Shown: positions 13,751 to 28,085, counted from the first letter of the stretch. The stretch is 64,000 nucleotides of DNA from Octopus sinensis (GCF_006345805.1 NC_042999.1:125984001-126048000); one strand, 5' to 3'. The notes: generated by a model from the sequence alone, not told the origin. Made by a program: numbers and translations.

Positions 13751-14608
13751 AGGTATGTATAATAGAATGAAGGTATAGACAAGCAAATAAGAAGTACCAG
13801 GTCAGATTATGACATTTATTTATTTAAACAGAGACACAACATAAGGGGTAAATTGAATGTTACACGTGTTTAGATCAGAAGAGATCGATAAAAGATCGGT
13901 TGAGGATCGTTCGCAATGGTTGTGATATATGTTACTATTGATTTGGAACTGTTATAAGTCCGTATTATTGATATTAGATAGTTGGTTCCGGAAGGTAATC
14001 GTAGGTGGAATCCAAAGCTGGATGGGAACAATGAAGAGGATGTGCAGGTTGGTCCATAAAGTTGTTTCAAGAATAGATGCACAGTTGATGTAATTACCTG
14101 CGAGCAGTCCGCTGTCAGTGTTTTAATGGCAATTTATTCCATCTTCGGAGGAAAAGTGAGTTAGGATCTTGCTAGGTAATAAAGGTATATGAGTCGTGGA
14201 AGATATATAGAAATGAGCCTAAAGGAAGAAAGTCAGCGTATCGAATGTCAAAGTACGAAGATTGATGGAATCTAGTATAGTGGACGAGATATCTCCAAGT
14301 CCAGAGACTGAGGATGTGGCTAGAGTCGATATGAGGGAGGAAGGGTGATACCTAGTGTGAGGGTGTGAAGGAGACAATGTGTAGAATTGCAGTTGTGAAA
14401 AATACCAGTATACATCACGATCATAACAAATATTCCTCGATCAATCTTTTATCGATCTCTTGTGATCTAAACTCTTGCAACATTCAATTTCTTCCCGCAA
14501 GTTGTGTCAATGTATAAATATACAAAATGTATAAATATATAAGATGTCACGATCTGACCTGATAACACTTGTTTGCCTGTTTGTACTTCTATTGAATTAT
14601 ACATGCAC
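13751..14608. mobile_element. Unclassified foldback element with long imperfect terminal inverted repeats
   Basis: For example GTTTAGATCAGAAGAGATCGATAAAAGAT (from 13868) is inverted at 14434-14472, and CAGGTCAGATTATGACAT is inverted as ATGTCACGATCTGACCTG. No clear coding content. Confidence 0.6.
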
Positions 14609-14645
14609 CAGCTCGATTGAATATGTGAAATATATCTTTCTATCC

Positions 14646-14689
<44 letters not shown>

Positions 14690-15424
14690 TTATCATCAGG
14701 ATCACACAATTAATGTGTGTGTTGGTAAATGTTACAAATCTGCAATATTTCCTTTAAAGACGTATTATGTTAAAAAACAGCACATCTCAAAGCTAATTGA
14801 AACGAAATAGTCTCGGAAGTGAACTAGAGCAAAATATATCGGTAATTCGCGGTTATTTCCGCTCTTTAGTGCCACATCGTCCTCCGCTTCCGAAATGACG
14901 AAATAACATCGCTTTCTAACGTTTATTAATACGCATACATGAAGTTAGTGATATTGATAATGTTTACATTATTGAACTGCTGGTAACACATAGTTTAAAT
15001 TTTGTCTTCTTTGTGCGGCGCTTTTGCTCATCAGGAAATAAATCTTACACTATTTGTATATTTACCTGTAACTGTTTTGAAGTGGCGGAGAAAGTGACTC
15101 AGAAGAGGGAAAATAATCGCGAAATGTCATTGTCTGTCATTCTCGTTCATTCCGGAGCGATTTCATTTCGTCTAGTTTTGGGTTATGGTGTGTTTTATTT
15201 AACACAATACATCTTTTAAGGGATCTCCTTCAGACGAAATATCGCAATTTAGTAGTGTTTATTAACACACACAAAGTATGTGATATTGATAATGTTAACA
15301 TTATTGAACTGCTCCAAACACCAAATTTGAATATATATATATATACTTATAATATTTGAGATATAAGAACGCATGTTATATATTCTCTGTTTATTTTAAT
15401 GCAATTGTACATTAAATATATATG

Positions 15425-15477
<53 letters not shown>

Positions 15478-16373
15478 ATATAATATATTATATATATATA
15501 TATATAATATATATATATAATATATACATTAAGATATGTAATAAATATTACATACTTCTTATGATAAATAAAAATATAGTTTGTATTTTATACACACACT
15601 CACAAACGTATAAACGCGCACATTACCTCTCCCTCTCCCTCTCTCTCTATATATTTATGTATGTTTGATGCATGTATATCTATGTATGCATATATTGGTG
15701 CACTCACAGATGCACACATAGAAGCATTCAGATATATGTACGTAGTGTATATGTATTGTATATATTATGCAGTATATATAATATATCTTTTCTACTATAG
15801 GTACGAGGCGTGTGTTTTTTTGAAGAGAATTGTCTATACTATTTCTATATCAATATACATATTATATATATAATAGAATAATATAATATATATATTATAT
15901 ATATAATATGTAATATATATATATATTATGATATAATAGTAATATATATATATATATATAGATATATATATATATATATAATATATATGTTATATATATA
16001 TAATATAAATATTATATATAAATAATAATATATATATATGTTCTTCACCTAACACGGAACCTTCTATACGTTTGAATAAGGAACCTGTAGTCGACTGTGG
16101 AATATGTGAGGTGAGTGTAACCCTGTGTGACTTGAATACAGGTTGCGTATTCTCTTAGTACTTGTGAATGAGTGCATAACTGGAATGATGAATCCGTATT
16201 TACTTTAGTAAGTACCTATATGACAGTACACATTTTTAGAGCATTGGTGCGGTATCCTCGACTCTACCTTGGTGCTTTTACCATTTGAATACCTGATTCT
16301 ATCAGATCCTGAAAATGTTATAATATATAATTTTATTATATATATATATGTATGTATCTGTGTGTGTGTGTGT

Positions 16374-16406
<33 letters not shown>

Positions 16407-17405
16407 ATGTTTGTATTTTGCAGGCAGTTAAAGAGAACGTCATCACAGTTCAGTAGTGGTTAGTTTTACTCAGGGATCTGTGCTTTCGATGGCTCGTCAA
16501 TAATTAAGCTATATTAATTATTTTTATTCAAACGGTGCTGTGACTAAAATAGTATTTAAGCTTGCTTCCAAACCAGATGGCTCCGGGTTCAATTCCATTG
16601 CGTGGCACCTTCGGCAAGTGTCTTCTACTAGAGCCTCGGGCCGACCAAAGCCTTGTGAGTAGATTTGGTAGAATCCCATCGTATATATCTATGTATATAT
16701 CGTCTCTGTGTATGTCTTTGTGTTTGTCCCCCCACCAGCACTGCTTGACAACCGGTGTTGGTGTGTTTGCGTCTCGTAACATAGCAGTTCGGTAAAAGAG
16801 ACCGATAAAATAAGTACTATGGTTTATTATAAGGAAATATAGTTAAGCATTGATGTAAAGGAGTAAGCAGATAATTAAGAGGAAATTGGACCTTCTGTAT
16901 TCGAGTTTGCCTATTCAAATGATGAGATGATATAAGATGAAATGATGAGGAATAGATTTAATAAAATGTTGTGGAGAAAATAGACAAATGAATAATTTTT
17001 TTAGTATGAGGATGGCAACCATTATTCTGATTTCATGAACTTACTAGGCGAGTTACAAACTGTTGTGAACGCTCATAGACTACGCAAATAGTATATCTCC
17101 ATTTTATCCGACACATTTTATAAATAAAATATCTTTTGTGGCATTTCATTTATATGCTTTAGAAACTCATCTGAATACGAGGAATACTATGTGACACAGG
17201 TGAATTCATGAACGCTGAATGTTTTATTTATTTCCTATGTACGACCCGCTTTTTTCAAGGTTATCCCTTTGATTTAATTCTTTCTTTTAGTTATTTTATT
17301 ATTATGTATAAATATGGCTGTGTATGTAGGTATACATGTATGTTGTGTGTATATATATAATATATATATATTATATATATTATATATATTTATAATATAT
17401 ATTAT

Positions 17406-17440
<35 letters not shown>

Positions 17441-17448
17441 GAATACTA

Positions 17449-17493
<45 letters not shown>

Positions 17494-17875
17494 AGATAGA
17501 TAGATATAGATGTGTGTGTGCGTGTGTATCTAGTACTCAACACCAGTACTGAAGACACCTCTGAAAGGTGGTGTGGGGAGCTCGCCACGTCGAAAACGAT
17601 AGAGGAGTAGGGCCGAAACCGAACGTAGTTCCTCTTGATGATCTTTAGCAACTGGATCCTATACGGAGCTGTTGAGGTAGGCGAACCACGAAACTTGGTT
17701 GGAATTCCTCTTATGTTTATATATGCACATTATATGCATGTAATATATATATATATATATATATAGATATATATATCTATATATATATAATATATATATA
17801 CACTCTTTATATATGTACTCTTCACCACATTTTTCTCTCACTTTTTCATATATATATATATATATAAGTATATAT

Positions 17876-17923
<48 letters not shown>

Positions 17924-18005
17924 ATATAGCATATATAGGTAGGTATATATGTAATATATATACACGTATATATATATAATTTATATATATATAATATATA
18001 TATAG

Positions 18006-18038
<33 letters not shown>

Positions 18039-18279
18039 CATATATAATATATACATATATATCTATATATATGAAAAAGTGAGAGAAAAATGTGGTGAAA
18101 GAGTACCCAGGGTTCGCCCCCTCCCTTGCAGAGCCTCGTGGAGCTTTGGGTGTATGCTTAATAAAAATCACAACGACCTGTCTGGGAATCGGAAACCGCG
18201 ATCATACGACCGCGAGTCCGCTACCTAACCACTGGGTCCTATGTATATATATAGATGTATATATATATGTGTTATATCT

Positions 18280-18312
<33 letters not shown>

Positions 18313-18397
18313 CACATAATATATACATAGTATATATATATATAATATATATATATATAATATATAAAAAAAATTTATAAATAATATATATATATAT

Positions 18398-18430
<33 letters not shown>

Positions 18431-19097
18431 GATATATATACATACAAACCTACATGCACATATACACGTCTTTAAAACCTATATCTGATTTGACGCTGCG
18501 GTTATTGAAACGATTAAATCAGACAAGCAGCGTAAACATATACACAACAACGTTCATAAATATATCGAATTATAGTTGTCATCAAAATTCAATTGGTTAT
18601 CCGCACCCCATTCTAAAAGCGTTAGAAAATACGCTTCACATTCCCCTAATAATTTGTCATATGCAAAATAATATTTCTTTGCAAAAGTACGAGTTATTTT
18701 CATGTCATCAGTCTCATATGTGTAAAACACATGAAACAATGCAGGTTATCAAAGTTAAGAAAGTTTTAGAGTTGATGGATACATGAATGTTTCTTCATTA
18801 TAGGTTTATCGTTCGTGTTAAGGTAAATACATTATATAGGTTACAAAACAATATTAGTTATTCGACAGATGAAAATTCGTCCGTTAATATCCATAGAAGT
18901 TTCTGCAGCAATTTACCAATTGAAATCTTTTATTTAACATAGCTAAAAGCTGAGATGAAAATTTCCATTGAAAACATACACAAGTCTCCTCTTATATATA
19001 TTAGCAATTAGTAAATGCTTAAATTTCTGCCGTTTCAATATTATGCTTCTTTCTGAGGCATTAGTCTCTCGAGCTAAAATATCAATTGAAAAAAATC

Positions 19098-19305
19098 TTT
19101 TCTACTCTAGGCACAAGGCCCAAAATTTTGGGGGAGGGTGCCAGTCGATTAGATCGAGCACAGTACGCAACTGGTACTTAATTTATCGACCCCGAAAGGA
19201 TAAAAGGCAAAGTCGACCTCTGCGGAATTTGAACTCAGAACGTTAAGTCAGACGAAATACGGTTAAGCATTTCGCCCGGCCTGCTAACGTTTCTGTCAAC
19301 TCGCC
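19098..19305 (-). mobile_element. SINE family A
   Basis: Reverse complement of the family A head and body. Confidence 0.8.
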
Positions 19306-20514
19306 AAAGTTATGGTGTACACAAAAATCCATTTAAATCTCCCATCATACATATGCATTTAGAGATCGGGATAAAAAGCTTCTCTACATCACATTTTAAA
19401 CTCAATACAACAGGAATTTGAAGGATGATAATGTTAACAACTAGAAAAGATATTTGTGTATTGCAGCTCCATTTTTCCGAGAAAATATAGCATAATATTA
19501 CAGCCTTTTTCAACCTTAAATAAAAGGTCAGCGTTTTCTTGCAGCCATTTCCATCAAGATTACATAATAGAATCGTTATATCTTGAAATATGGTAATATA
19601 TATAAAAAAAGAACATTTAGTTCGTCATGCTATTATGTACAAAATTCAATCGCTATCATAGGCTATATTTCAGAGATGAGAAGAGCAGTAGGAAGGTTAG
19701 TATGAGTTGAAGTCAGGAAAAGAGAAGTAAAGAAATAAATAAAAATAAACACCGAAATTGGCAAGTAGTGGTAGAAAGGTGGTTGAAATACTAAAAGTTA
19801 CGTTGTTGACGGACGCTGAAAATATGACACACGCTTACATGCTCACATGCTCACACTCTCACACTTACGCAATCTCCCATCCATCATACATTCACACACA
19901 TACAAACGCACAAACTTTACAAAAGAACAAACTTTACGGGCAGTTGGTAGGAGGTGAAAAAGCAGTACGTTTACATAACTTTATACATATATGCATACGT
20001 ATGTGTGCATGTGTGTGTATATGTATGTACACACACACACAATATCTAATATGAATAATGACTGCTTACTTCGAGTATTGCATGAAGATTTTCGGTTGAG
20101 TAGAACATTGCCAAGCCTATTGTGTTTGCATTTAGTTGCTGTTTTTATTGAAATAGTGAATCAGCAATCCAAATTTTTAAATGCGTGGTGTATCTTTGAA
20201 CAAATCGTTTTACAGATACTAAATAGTTTTAGCACCAACTCATATCTCATGAGAATGTATCTTGTAGGCACTTTTCAATAGCTACTGAAGAGGTTGGTAA
20301 TATCTGTATTACATTGACACAATTGACTCATATTTTGTATTAGAAGGTGGATATTTAGAAGCATCCTTATCTCTCTTAGTAATGAAGTATTTAGTAACTG
20401 TTTTGTGCTCCTGAATAGCAACCTTCTAGTTGAGATATGATGCACCCACAACAAGGCTAGGAGAGGCTACTCTTCATGTCAAATGCTTTGATACGTATAT
20501 ACATATGTAAATTA

Positions 20515-20562
<48 letters not shown>

Positions 20563-20610
20563 ATATATATGTATATACATACATATATATGTATGTGTGT
20601 GTGTGTGTGT

Positions 20611-20860
20611 GGCGGCGCGTGGCTTAGTAGTTAGGGTGTCAGCATCATGATCGTAAGATTTGGTTTCGATTCCTGGACCGGGTGACGCGTTGTGTTCTTG
20701 AGCAAAACACTTCATTTCACGTTGCGCCAGTCCACTCAGCTGGCAAAAATGAGTAACGTTGCGATGGACTGGAGTCCCGTCCAGCTGGGGAACACATACG
20801 CCATTAAAACCGGGAAACCGGGCCCATGAACCTGGCTAGGTTTTAAAAGGGCGCATTTAT
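20611..20860 (+). mobile_element. SINE family B (tRNA-like head plus conserved central domain)
   Basis: GGCTTAGTAGTTAGG...GGTTTCGATTCC head, then GTGTTCTTGAGCAAAACACTTCATTTCACGTTG and the tail AAAAGGGCGCATTTAT. Confidence 0.8.
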
Positions 20861-20948
20861 ATATATATATGTTAAGTCACTCTTAGTGCTACTGGCAGCT
20901 TGTAACCCAGTACAATCTGTCGCATAGTTGGGCTCTCGGCGACTAAAT

Positions 20949-21048
20949 NNNNNNNNNNNNNNNNNNNNNNNNNNNNNNNNNNNNNNNNNNNNNNNNNNNN
21001 NNNNNNNNNNNNNNNNNNNNNNNNNNNNNNNNNNNNNNNNNNNNNNNN
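20949..21048. other. Assembly gap (100 N)
   Basis: Run of n; the true size is unknown. Confidence 0.99.
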
Positions 21049-21676
21049 AAAGTTTTTTTCCTTTCATTATCTCCCTTTCTTTCACTAGTGTCATTTTGTT
21101 TTTGTCATTCTTTCCCCATCATTCTTTCTACATTTCTTTCATTATCTCCTTCGTTTCAACTATTGCTCATTCTCTCCACAATTTCTCTTCCGCTTTTTTA
21201 CCAAAACGAATAAATATATATAAAAAATAATAAGTAAAGATTGCAATGTCCAACTGTTTTATTTTGCCTTTTTTAACTTACAAAAAGATAAATGTAACTA
21301 TTTTAGTTTAAGTAACTTTGCTGAAAGGATTGTATTTACGCAAATACACACACACACGCTCACACACACACACACACACACACACAAATATACACGCACA
21401 CACACACACATGCACACACATAGTCGTACAAATACTCAGATTCTCATATTTGTCTGGATTTCGAAACATGTCCTCTCAAGATAAACTCTAATTTTGTAGG
21501 AAGGTTAAAAAAATACAAGATAGTTTAAGGAAGATTTCAAGAGACTCCCTGATACAGAAGATAAACTGAAATGAATTCAGTAGGTTTCCTATCAACTTTT
21601 CTTTCTCTCACACACTTTATGTGTATGTATGTATGTATGTATGTATGTATGTATGTATGTATGTATGTATGTATGT

Positions 21677-21720
<44 letters not shown>

Positions 21721-21978
21721 ATATATATATAAATAAAAATATATGTGTGTTCAAAAAAAAAAAACAATATATATAAGCACAAACATATATGTATATGTTT
21801 TAGAGTGGGCTCTCTTTTTCGGATATCTGAACCACTGACGATATATATATATATAATATATATATATATGTGGGTCTGCTCGCTTAGCCAGCGGGGGGTG
21901 GCGTCATTTGAAGGCTAAAAACAATGCGAAGCGCATTGTGACCAGCGATGTGTAGCACCATCTGATAGCCTGGTCGGT

Positions 21979-22019
<41 letters not shown>

Positions 22020-22414
22020 GAGGTAGGGATGTTTATGGCTGTCAGTAACGCCAATGCTGAAACTTAAAGCCAGTAACATCTTGTGCAACACTGCTAAGCC
22101 TCTCGCCTACAAAGCAAATTAGTCCAGAAACAAGCTAGAGCAATTGTCTCACCCGGTGTCCCTATGGACCTTTGAGGCTCATATAAGGGTTTTGGGTGTC
22201 CACGCACGCAAAATAGTAAATTGGGGGATCCAAAGTATTATTCTTAAGTGTCTATGAGAGAAATTTGGCTTTGGATGTATTTATTGCAAGAAACAGCAAG
22301 GTTTTTTTCTTAATGTTTGTTTTATGTGAAGTTATATATAGAAGCAACTTAATATTCTTCTCTTTTTTCCTTTTTTTCTCACCCTCTCTCTCCCTCTCAC
22401 ACACACACAATATC

Positions 22415-22630
22415 GGTCTCAAATTTTGGCGTCCTGCCAGCAATTTTGGTGGTGGGATTAAGTCAATTACATCGATGCCAGACCTCAACTGGAACTTATT
22501 TTATCGAGTTCAAAAGGACGAAAGGTAAAGTCGACCTTGGCAGAATTTGAACTCAGAACTAAAGACGGACGAAATGCCGCTAAGAATTTTTTCCGGTGTG
22601 TTAACATTTCTGCCAGCTCATCGCCTTACA
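22415..22630 (-). mobile_element. SINE family A
   Basis: Reverse complement of the family A head and body. Confidence 0.75.
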
Positions 22631-22699
22631 CAACATATGTAATACCAAAATTTGAGAGCTTTGTCTTTCGTTTTTCTCGGCTGTGTGTTAGAAAAAAGA

Positions 22700-23060
22700 A
22701 CCTGTAGTATTTAGGTTAGGTGGACGTTCGAAGTGTCTGAGTGGTTGGGGTGTTAAATGTAATTGTAACATCTTAATTTAAAATTATGGAACTAACATTA
22801 CAATTCGGTGTATGTATGTATGTATGTATGTATGTATGTATGTATGTATGTATGTATGTATGTATGTATGTATGTATGTATGTATGTATAGATTGATGGA
22901 TGGATGGATTGATGGGTAGGGTCACGTCTACATTCTTGTAAATGTATAGAAATATATGAGAATATAATTCAAAAGAGTAAATCTAATTTACAATTGTAAT
23001 TAACACCCCACTCACCCAGACACCTCGAGCGTCTACCCAACCTTCTACATACAGAAGATC
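22700..23060. mobile_element. MITE-like element with imperfect ~80-bp inverted ends around (TATG)n
   Basis: GTGGACGTTCGAAGTGTCTGAGTGGTTGGGGTGTTAA is inverted as TTAACACCCCACTCACCCAGACACCTCGAGCGTCTAC. Confidence 0.6.
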
Positions 23061-25050
23061 CTTCAGCTCCCCGACAGTCGTAAACAGTTAAATACCAAAC
23101 TGAATGTAAACTGTCAGCTTTTGCTATAATAAATATATGTATCCAATCTATCCAAAGTATTGAGTCCTAAAACGGTTGATATTTGCATTATGTAAAAAAT
23201 ATAAATGTTTATAGGCATAGGCATGGCTGTATGGTAAGAAGTTTGGTTCGCAATCGCATGGTGTCATGGTCAGCCCCACAGCATCGCACCTTGGGCAATT
23301 GTCTTCTACAATAGTCTCGGGCCGATCAAAGCCTTGTGAGTGGATTTGATAAACGGAAACTGAAAGAAGTCCGTTGTGTGTGCGTGCGTGTGTGTTTATT
23401 TGTTTGTGTGTGTGTGTGTGTGTGTGTGTCTGTGTGTCTATATATATAAATATATATATATCTTTTAATGTATGCAGTATAAAGCTCGTATCTTTATACT
23501 TTGTATATAAATGATATTTGTCTATCACTGGAAGGAATACTTTTTTGTGGTCTTACCTTAACAGAACTTCAAACAACACACAAACACACATACACACACA
23601 CACACACACACATACACACGTATGTGTGCGCGCGCGTTGGTGCGAATTCGTGTGCGTCTCTTTGTATCTGTGTTTCTCCTCCACTACCACTTGACAACCG
23701 GTGATGGTGCGTTTAGCGAGCGGTTCGTCAAAAGAAACCGATAGAATAAATACCAGGTTTAATAAAATAAGTATTGGGGTCAATTCGTTCGACTAAAATT
23801 CTTGAAGGCGATGCCTCAGCATGTCCGCAGACTAATAACTGAAGCAAGTAAAAGATAAAATATATATTTGTATGTACCTCACAATTCTTACATTACGATA
23901 GACACACACACACACATATATAAACGCGTGTTGACAGGGATTTCAAGTTTCGCCTTGCGACTTACTTAACTGTATGACTGAATAAACCGCGATGCGAACC
24001 TTGAAGTCCTTGTTAACACAAATTATATAATGAATTTATAGCTATTTTCAGTATTGGGTCACTATATCAGTAAATTTTCGGTTGTTATTTTGCAACTAGC
24101 TTAAAAAAACATAAACCTCAATTTGTATGATGTCTGTCTCTCGTAATACGAGAAAGACGTTTCTGCAAGTTTTTGCTGATTAACCGGCATAAATAATTTG
24201 TTCATAGTAATCAAATATATGTACTGTACATTAGCTCACTCATGCCATCAAATCCACGTTGCCTGAACAGGTGCACATGTCAGGTGTCGATTGATCGCAA
24301 GGCAACGTGATGATGTGTTTTGCTCAAGAACACGACGCACCACCCGGTCCAGGAACTGAAACCACGATCTCACGATAGTGAGTGCTATACCGTAACCATT
24401 AGCCCTTCAATTTAACACTCACACACACATTCGCGTGCGTGCACAAACAAATATCAAATAATACGCACACACACACACACACATTATCTCTCTCTATCTG
24501 TATGCTAAACTATTTGTGAATACACCATACATAGACATAAGATAATACAGCTCTAGATGCACAAAACCCCGAAGTTAGGGCAGTACATTTATGGCTGGAA
24601 CGTCTGTTTTCTCTTTCGGCATCCACTTTCATTTCCATAATTAACGATCTAAAATATAAGAGATGACTTACCCTCAATAGACCAATCTCCTTTTTCCCAT
24701 GTGTCCCTTTTCGTGAAAAGCTAAGCGGCTTCAGTAAACCTGGTTTTATCGTCATCATTTCACAAAACTCACTAGCTTTATTTTTGCTATTCAAGAGTGA
24801 CTAGTAGTAAAATTGGTCTTCTTAGCTGAGAAAATCTGCACTCTTGCAATCATCCGCTCATTATAATCTTCTTTGTGGAAATGCAAATCGTAAACGAGTG
24901 TATGTCTTAGTATTAAATACTTTTGCTAGGGTTACTTCAGTAGAGAAGTGTTTCAAAGGAAGCATTGAAAGTAGCATTCAAAGCTATCACTGACTTGTAA
25001 ATTCAGTCCTATCAACGACAGCAACAAGAACATCAGCCATTATCTGTTGT

Positions 25051-25291
25051 CCATTATTTACATTATTTACATATGACGGTTATTTGTCCTCATCTTGTTT
25101 GTTCTTAACACAACGTTTCGGCTGGTATACCCACCAGCCTTCATCAGGTGTCTTGGAGAAATTTCGAACCTGGGTTCTCATTCCTAAGGTTTCTCCAAGA
25201 CACCTGACGAAGATTGGAAGGTATATCAGCCGAAACGTTGTGTTAACAACAAACAAGACGAGGACAAACATCCGTCAAATGTAAATAATGT
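25051..25291. mobile_element. Foldback element with two inverted minimal hammerhead motifs (PLE-derived)
   Basis: Imperfect inverted arms span 25059-25292. A 12-bp near-TSD, ATTATCTG(T/C)TGT, lies at 25039-25050 and 25292-25303. Confidence 0.75.
25107..25152 (-). ncRNA. Minimal type I hammerhead ribozyme
   Basis: GACAC-CUGAUGA-A-GGCUGG-uggguaua-CCAGCC-GAAAC-GUU^GUGUU: 6-bp stem II, palindromic helix III (AACGUU) and stem I ACAC/GUGU. The mirror copy on + at 25199-25244 has a disrupted stem II. Confidence 0.7.
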
Positions 25292-25383
25292 ATTATCTGC
25301 TGTTTTCTGTCCACAAGTGAGCTATGAAGAAGCAGATTTAAAATCAAAAGCTGTGACCGCTCCGTCATTATTTCAGGTAATGT

Positions 25384-26052
25384 AAGGCGGCGAGCTGGCA
25401 CGCTGGGAGAAATGCTTAGTGGTATTTCCTCTGCAGCTACGTTCCGAGTTCAAATTCCGCCGAGGCCGACTTTGCCTTTTATTCTTTCGGGGTCGATGAA
25501 GTAAGTACCAGTTAAGTGCTGGGGATCGATGTAATCGTCTAGCCCCCTTTCCCCAAAATTTTCAAGGCCTTGTGCCTAGAGTAGAAACGATTATATCAGG
25601 TAATATAGGGCTGCGAGAGGGTAGAATCGTTAGCACGCCGGACAAAATTCTTGGCGGGATTTTGTTGGTCTTCACATTCTGAGTTCAAATCCCGCCGAGG
25701 CCGACTTTCTCTTTTATCCTTTCATCAGGATTGATAAAATAAGTACCAGTTGGACACCGGGGTCGATGTAATCGACTTACCCTTCTCACTAAATTGTTGG
25801 CCTTGTGCCAAAATTTGCAATCATTATTTCAGGTAATGCAAGGCGGCGAACTGGCAGAATCGTTAGTAACTCAGGACAAAATGCTTAGCGGCATTTTTCA
25901 GCCTTTGCATCCTGAGTTCAAATCACGCCGAGGTCGAATGTGTTTTTCATCCTTTGAGAATCGATAGAATAAATACCAGTTGAATACTGGGGTCGATGTA
26001 ATCAATTTACACCATCCCCCGAAATTACTGGCCTTCTGCCAAAATTTGAAAC
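25384..26052 (+). mobile_element. Three tandem SINE family A copies
   Basis: Three units of about 220 bp, each bounded by an ATTAT(T/A)TCAGGTAAT-like spacer. Confidence 0.8.
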
Positions 26053-26534
26053 CATTATTTTCGGTAATGTATTTCAGACAAATTATCTAATGTGCCTCAT
26101 TTCTTTTCCTTTTTTTGACGGTGGCAGAGAAAGATCTGAGGGAGACTTGGCTACTATTTCTAACAGGTCAAGCATCCACGCAGAGGTTTCTTTGTTGGAT
26201 CATCTGTTAGATCGTAAATGTGTTTTACAATAAAAATGTGTTGTTAAGGCTCAGTTACATACTTGTTACCTAAGTGATTTAATAGCCATATTGTTGAAAG
26301 GATCCCTCCGACGATGACAGGAAAATCAAAACAACATGGCTGTCTCTCAGTTATCAAGGAATTTGGAGTTCAATGAAAGGCTTTTTTTTTCGTTTCTAAT
26401 TTAGAACTTTTCTTGCATTTATCTACAAGATCTGGTATTTGTAGCTGTAAGATTTCATACATGCAGGTGAATATGTATGTGTATATATTCATATATATGT
26501 GTATACACATACAAGTATTTATGTATGTATAGTG

Positions 26535-26652
<118 letters not shown>

Positions 26653-26680
26653 CTTAATGCAGATACACACACATACGTAT

Positions 26681-26729
<49 letters not shown>

Positions 26730-27137
26730 TATTTATATACACATATGCACACATATCTTCCTCTTCATCAGAGATACTTTTAGGCTATGTTATTTAGCTA
26801 TATAATATATATATATATATACACACACATACATATATATGTGTATGTATGTGTATGTATATGTATGCGTGTATATAAATCTGTGTGTGTGTTCATGTAT
26901 GTGCGTATTCTTTATTCTTTTACTTGTTTCAGTCATTTGACTGCGATCATGCTGGAGCACCCGGTCAAATGATTTTTTAGTCGAAGAAATCGACCTCAGA
27001 ACTTATTCGCTGTAAGCCTAGTACGTATTCTATCCCTCTCTTTTGCCAAACGGCCAAGTTACGGGAACGTGGGGAGGGGACAGACACAGACACGCACATA
27101 CAAACACACACACACACACACACATACACACATACAC

Positions 27138-27172
<35 letters not shown>

Positions 27173-27181
27173 GTATATATA

Positions 27182-27222
<41 letters not shown>

Positions 27223-27261
27223 TGTATGTATGTATATATATATGTATATATATCATATATA

Positions 27262-27350
<89 letters not shown>

Positions 27351-27353
<3 letters not shown>

Positions 27354-28085
27354 GGTGCAGTGAATAAACTGTCGTCTAAATTACGCAGAATTAAAAATCA
27401 TACTGACATCTCATTTTAACAGATACATTTACCAAAATTAAATAATAATATCTTGAAATACTAAATAGTAAATTTCTTCAATAAAATCGCCATTCGCTTC
27501 AACCACGGCCTTCAGACTATTTTGGAATGCCCTGCAACTCTTCTGGACAGTCTCTTTGTTTAGGTTGGTGAACGTTGCCATATTCCTTGCCTTCAGTTCA
27601 TCTTGTTACAAGGAGTTTTGTTGGTCTCTCCCTCAAATGCGCCCTACACAATAACCAAGGAGGTTGCAGTCTGGGAAGTTAGCTGGCTAGAAGTTAGGGG
27701 TGATATGGTCGCAGAAATTGTCTGACAGCCATGACAGGTTCTCCTGCATGTGTGGCATGGTGCAGAGTCCTGTTGCCAGACATAGTGTCTTCCAGCAGCA
27801 ACCCTCGTGACCCAGGACAGCACTACCTCCTCCAGACACTTGTATAGGCCTCCGTGTTGAGTGTTTGACCGTGCGAAAAGATGAATGGGGGCATCACGTC
27901 ATCATCACTAGTTATCACTCCAAACACCATGTCTGGATGATTGATTTTTATCACTATAGGTACATATTCTCAGACTGACACACAAACACTCTGAAATGGT
28001 CGTATTGGAGATTCTGGCGCGAATGCCAAGCAGTACAGCATGTCGTTTTCAAATTTCTGGCAGATTGAATTGCGTCATGGTGCTG
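27351..28085 (-). mobile_element. maT (DD37D) Tc1/mariner-superfamily transposon, internally deleted
   Basis: TA|CAGGGTG terminus at 27351. The minus strand gives MTQFNLPEI*KRHAVLLGIRARISNTTISECLCVSLRI (ATG at 28078), then VPIVIKINHPDMVFGVITSDDDVMPPFIF and YVWQQDSAPCHT, with frameshifts and stops. The D37D spacing is inferred from the family and was not counted in an intact frame. Confidence 0.75.

Noticed and set aside
14900-15330. Degenerate ~100-bp direct repeat (GTGATATTGATAATGTT.ACATTATTGAACTGCT)
   Set aside because: Real but old, and no further structure could be supported.
16200-16320. Possible GIY-YIG remnant (SNGKSTKVESRIPHQCSKNVYC)
   Set aside because: The resemblance is too weak and the YIG motif is absent.
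17530-17710. Several CTGAAGA/CTGTTGA and GAAAC fragments with small hairpins
   Set aside because: Could not be assembled into a hammerhead with consistent stems; at most a heavily decayed remnant.
25366-26069. Repeat-spacer periodicity resembling CRISPR
   Set aside because: The spacers are homologous ~220-bp SINEs, the context is eukaryotic, and there are no cas genes.
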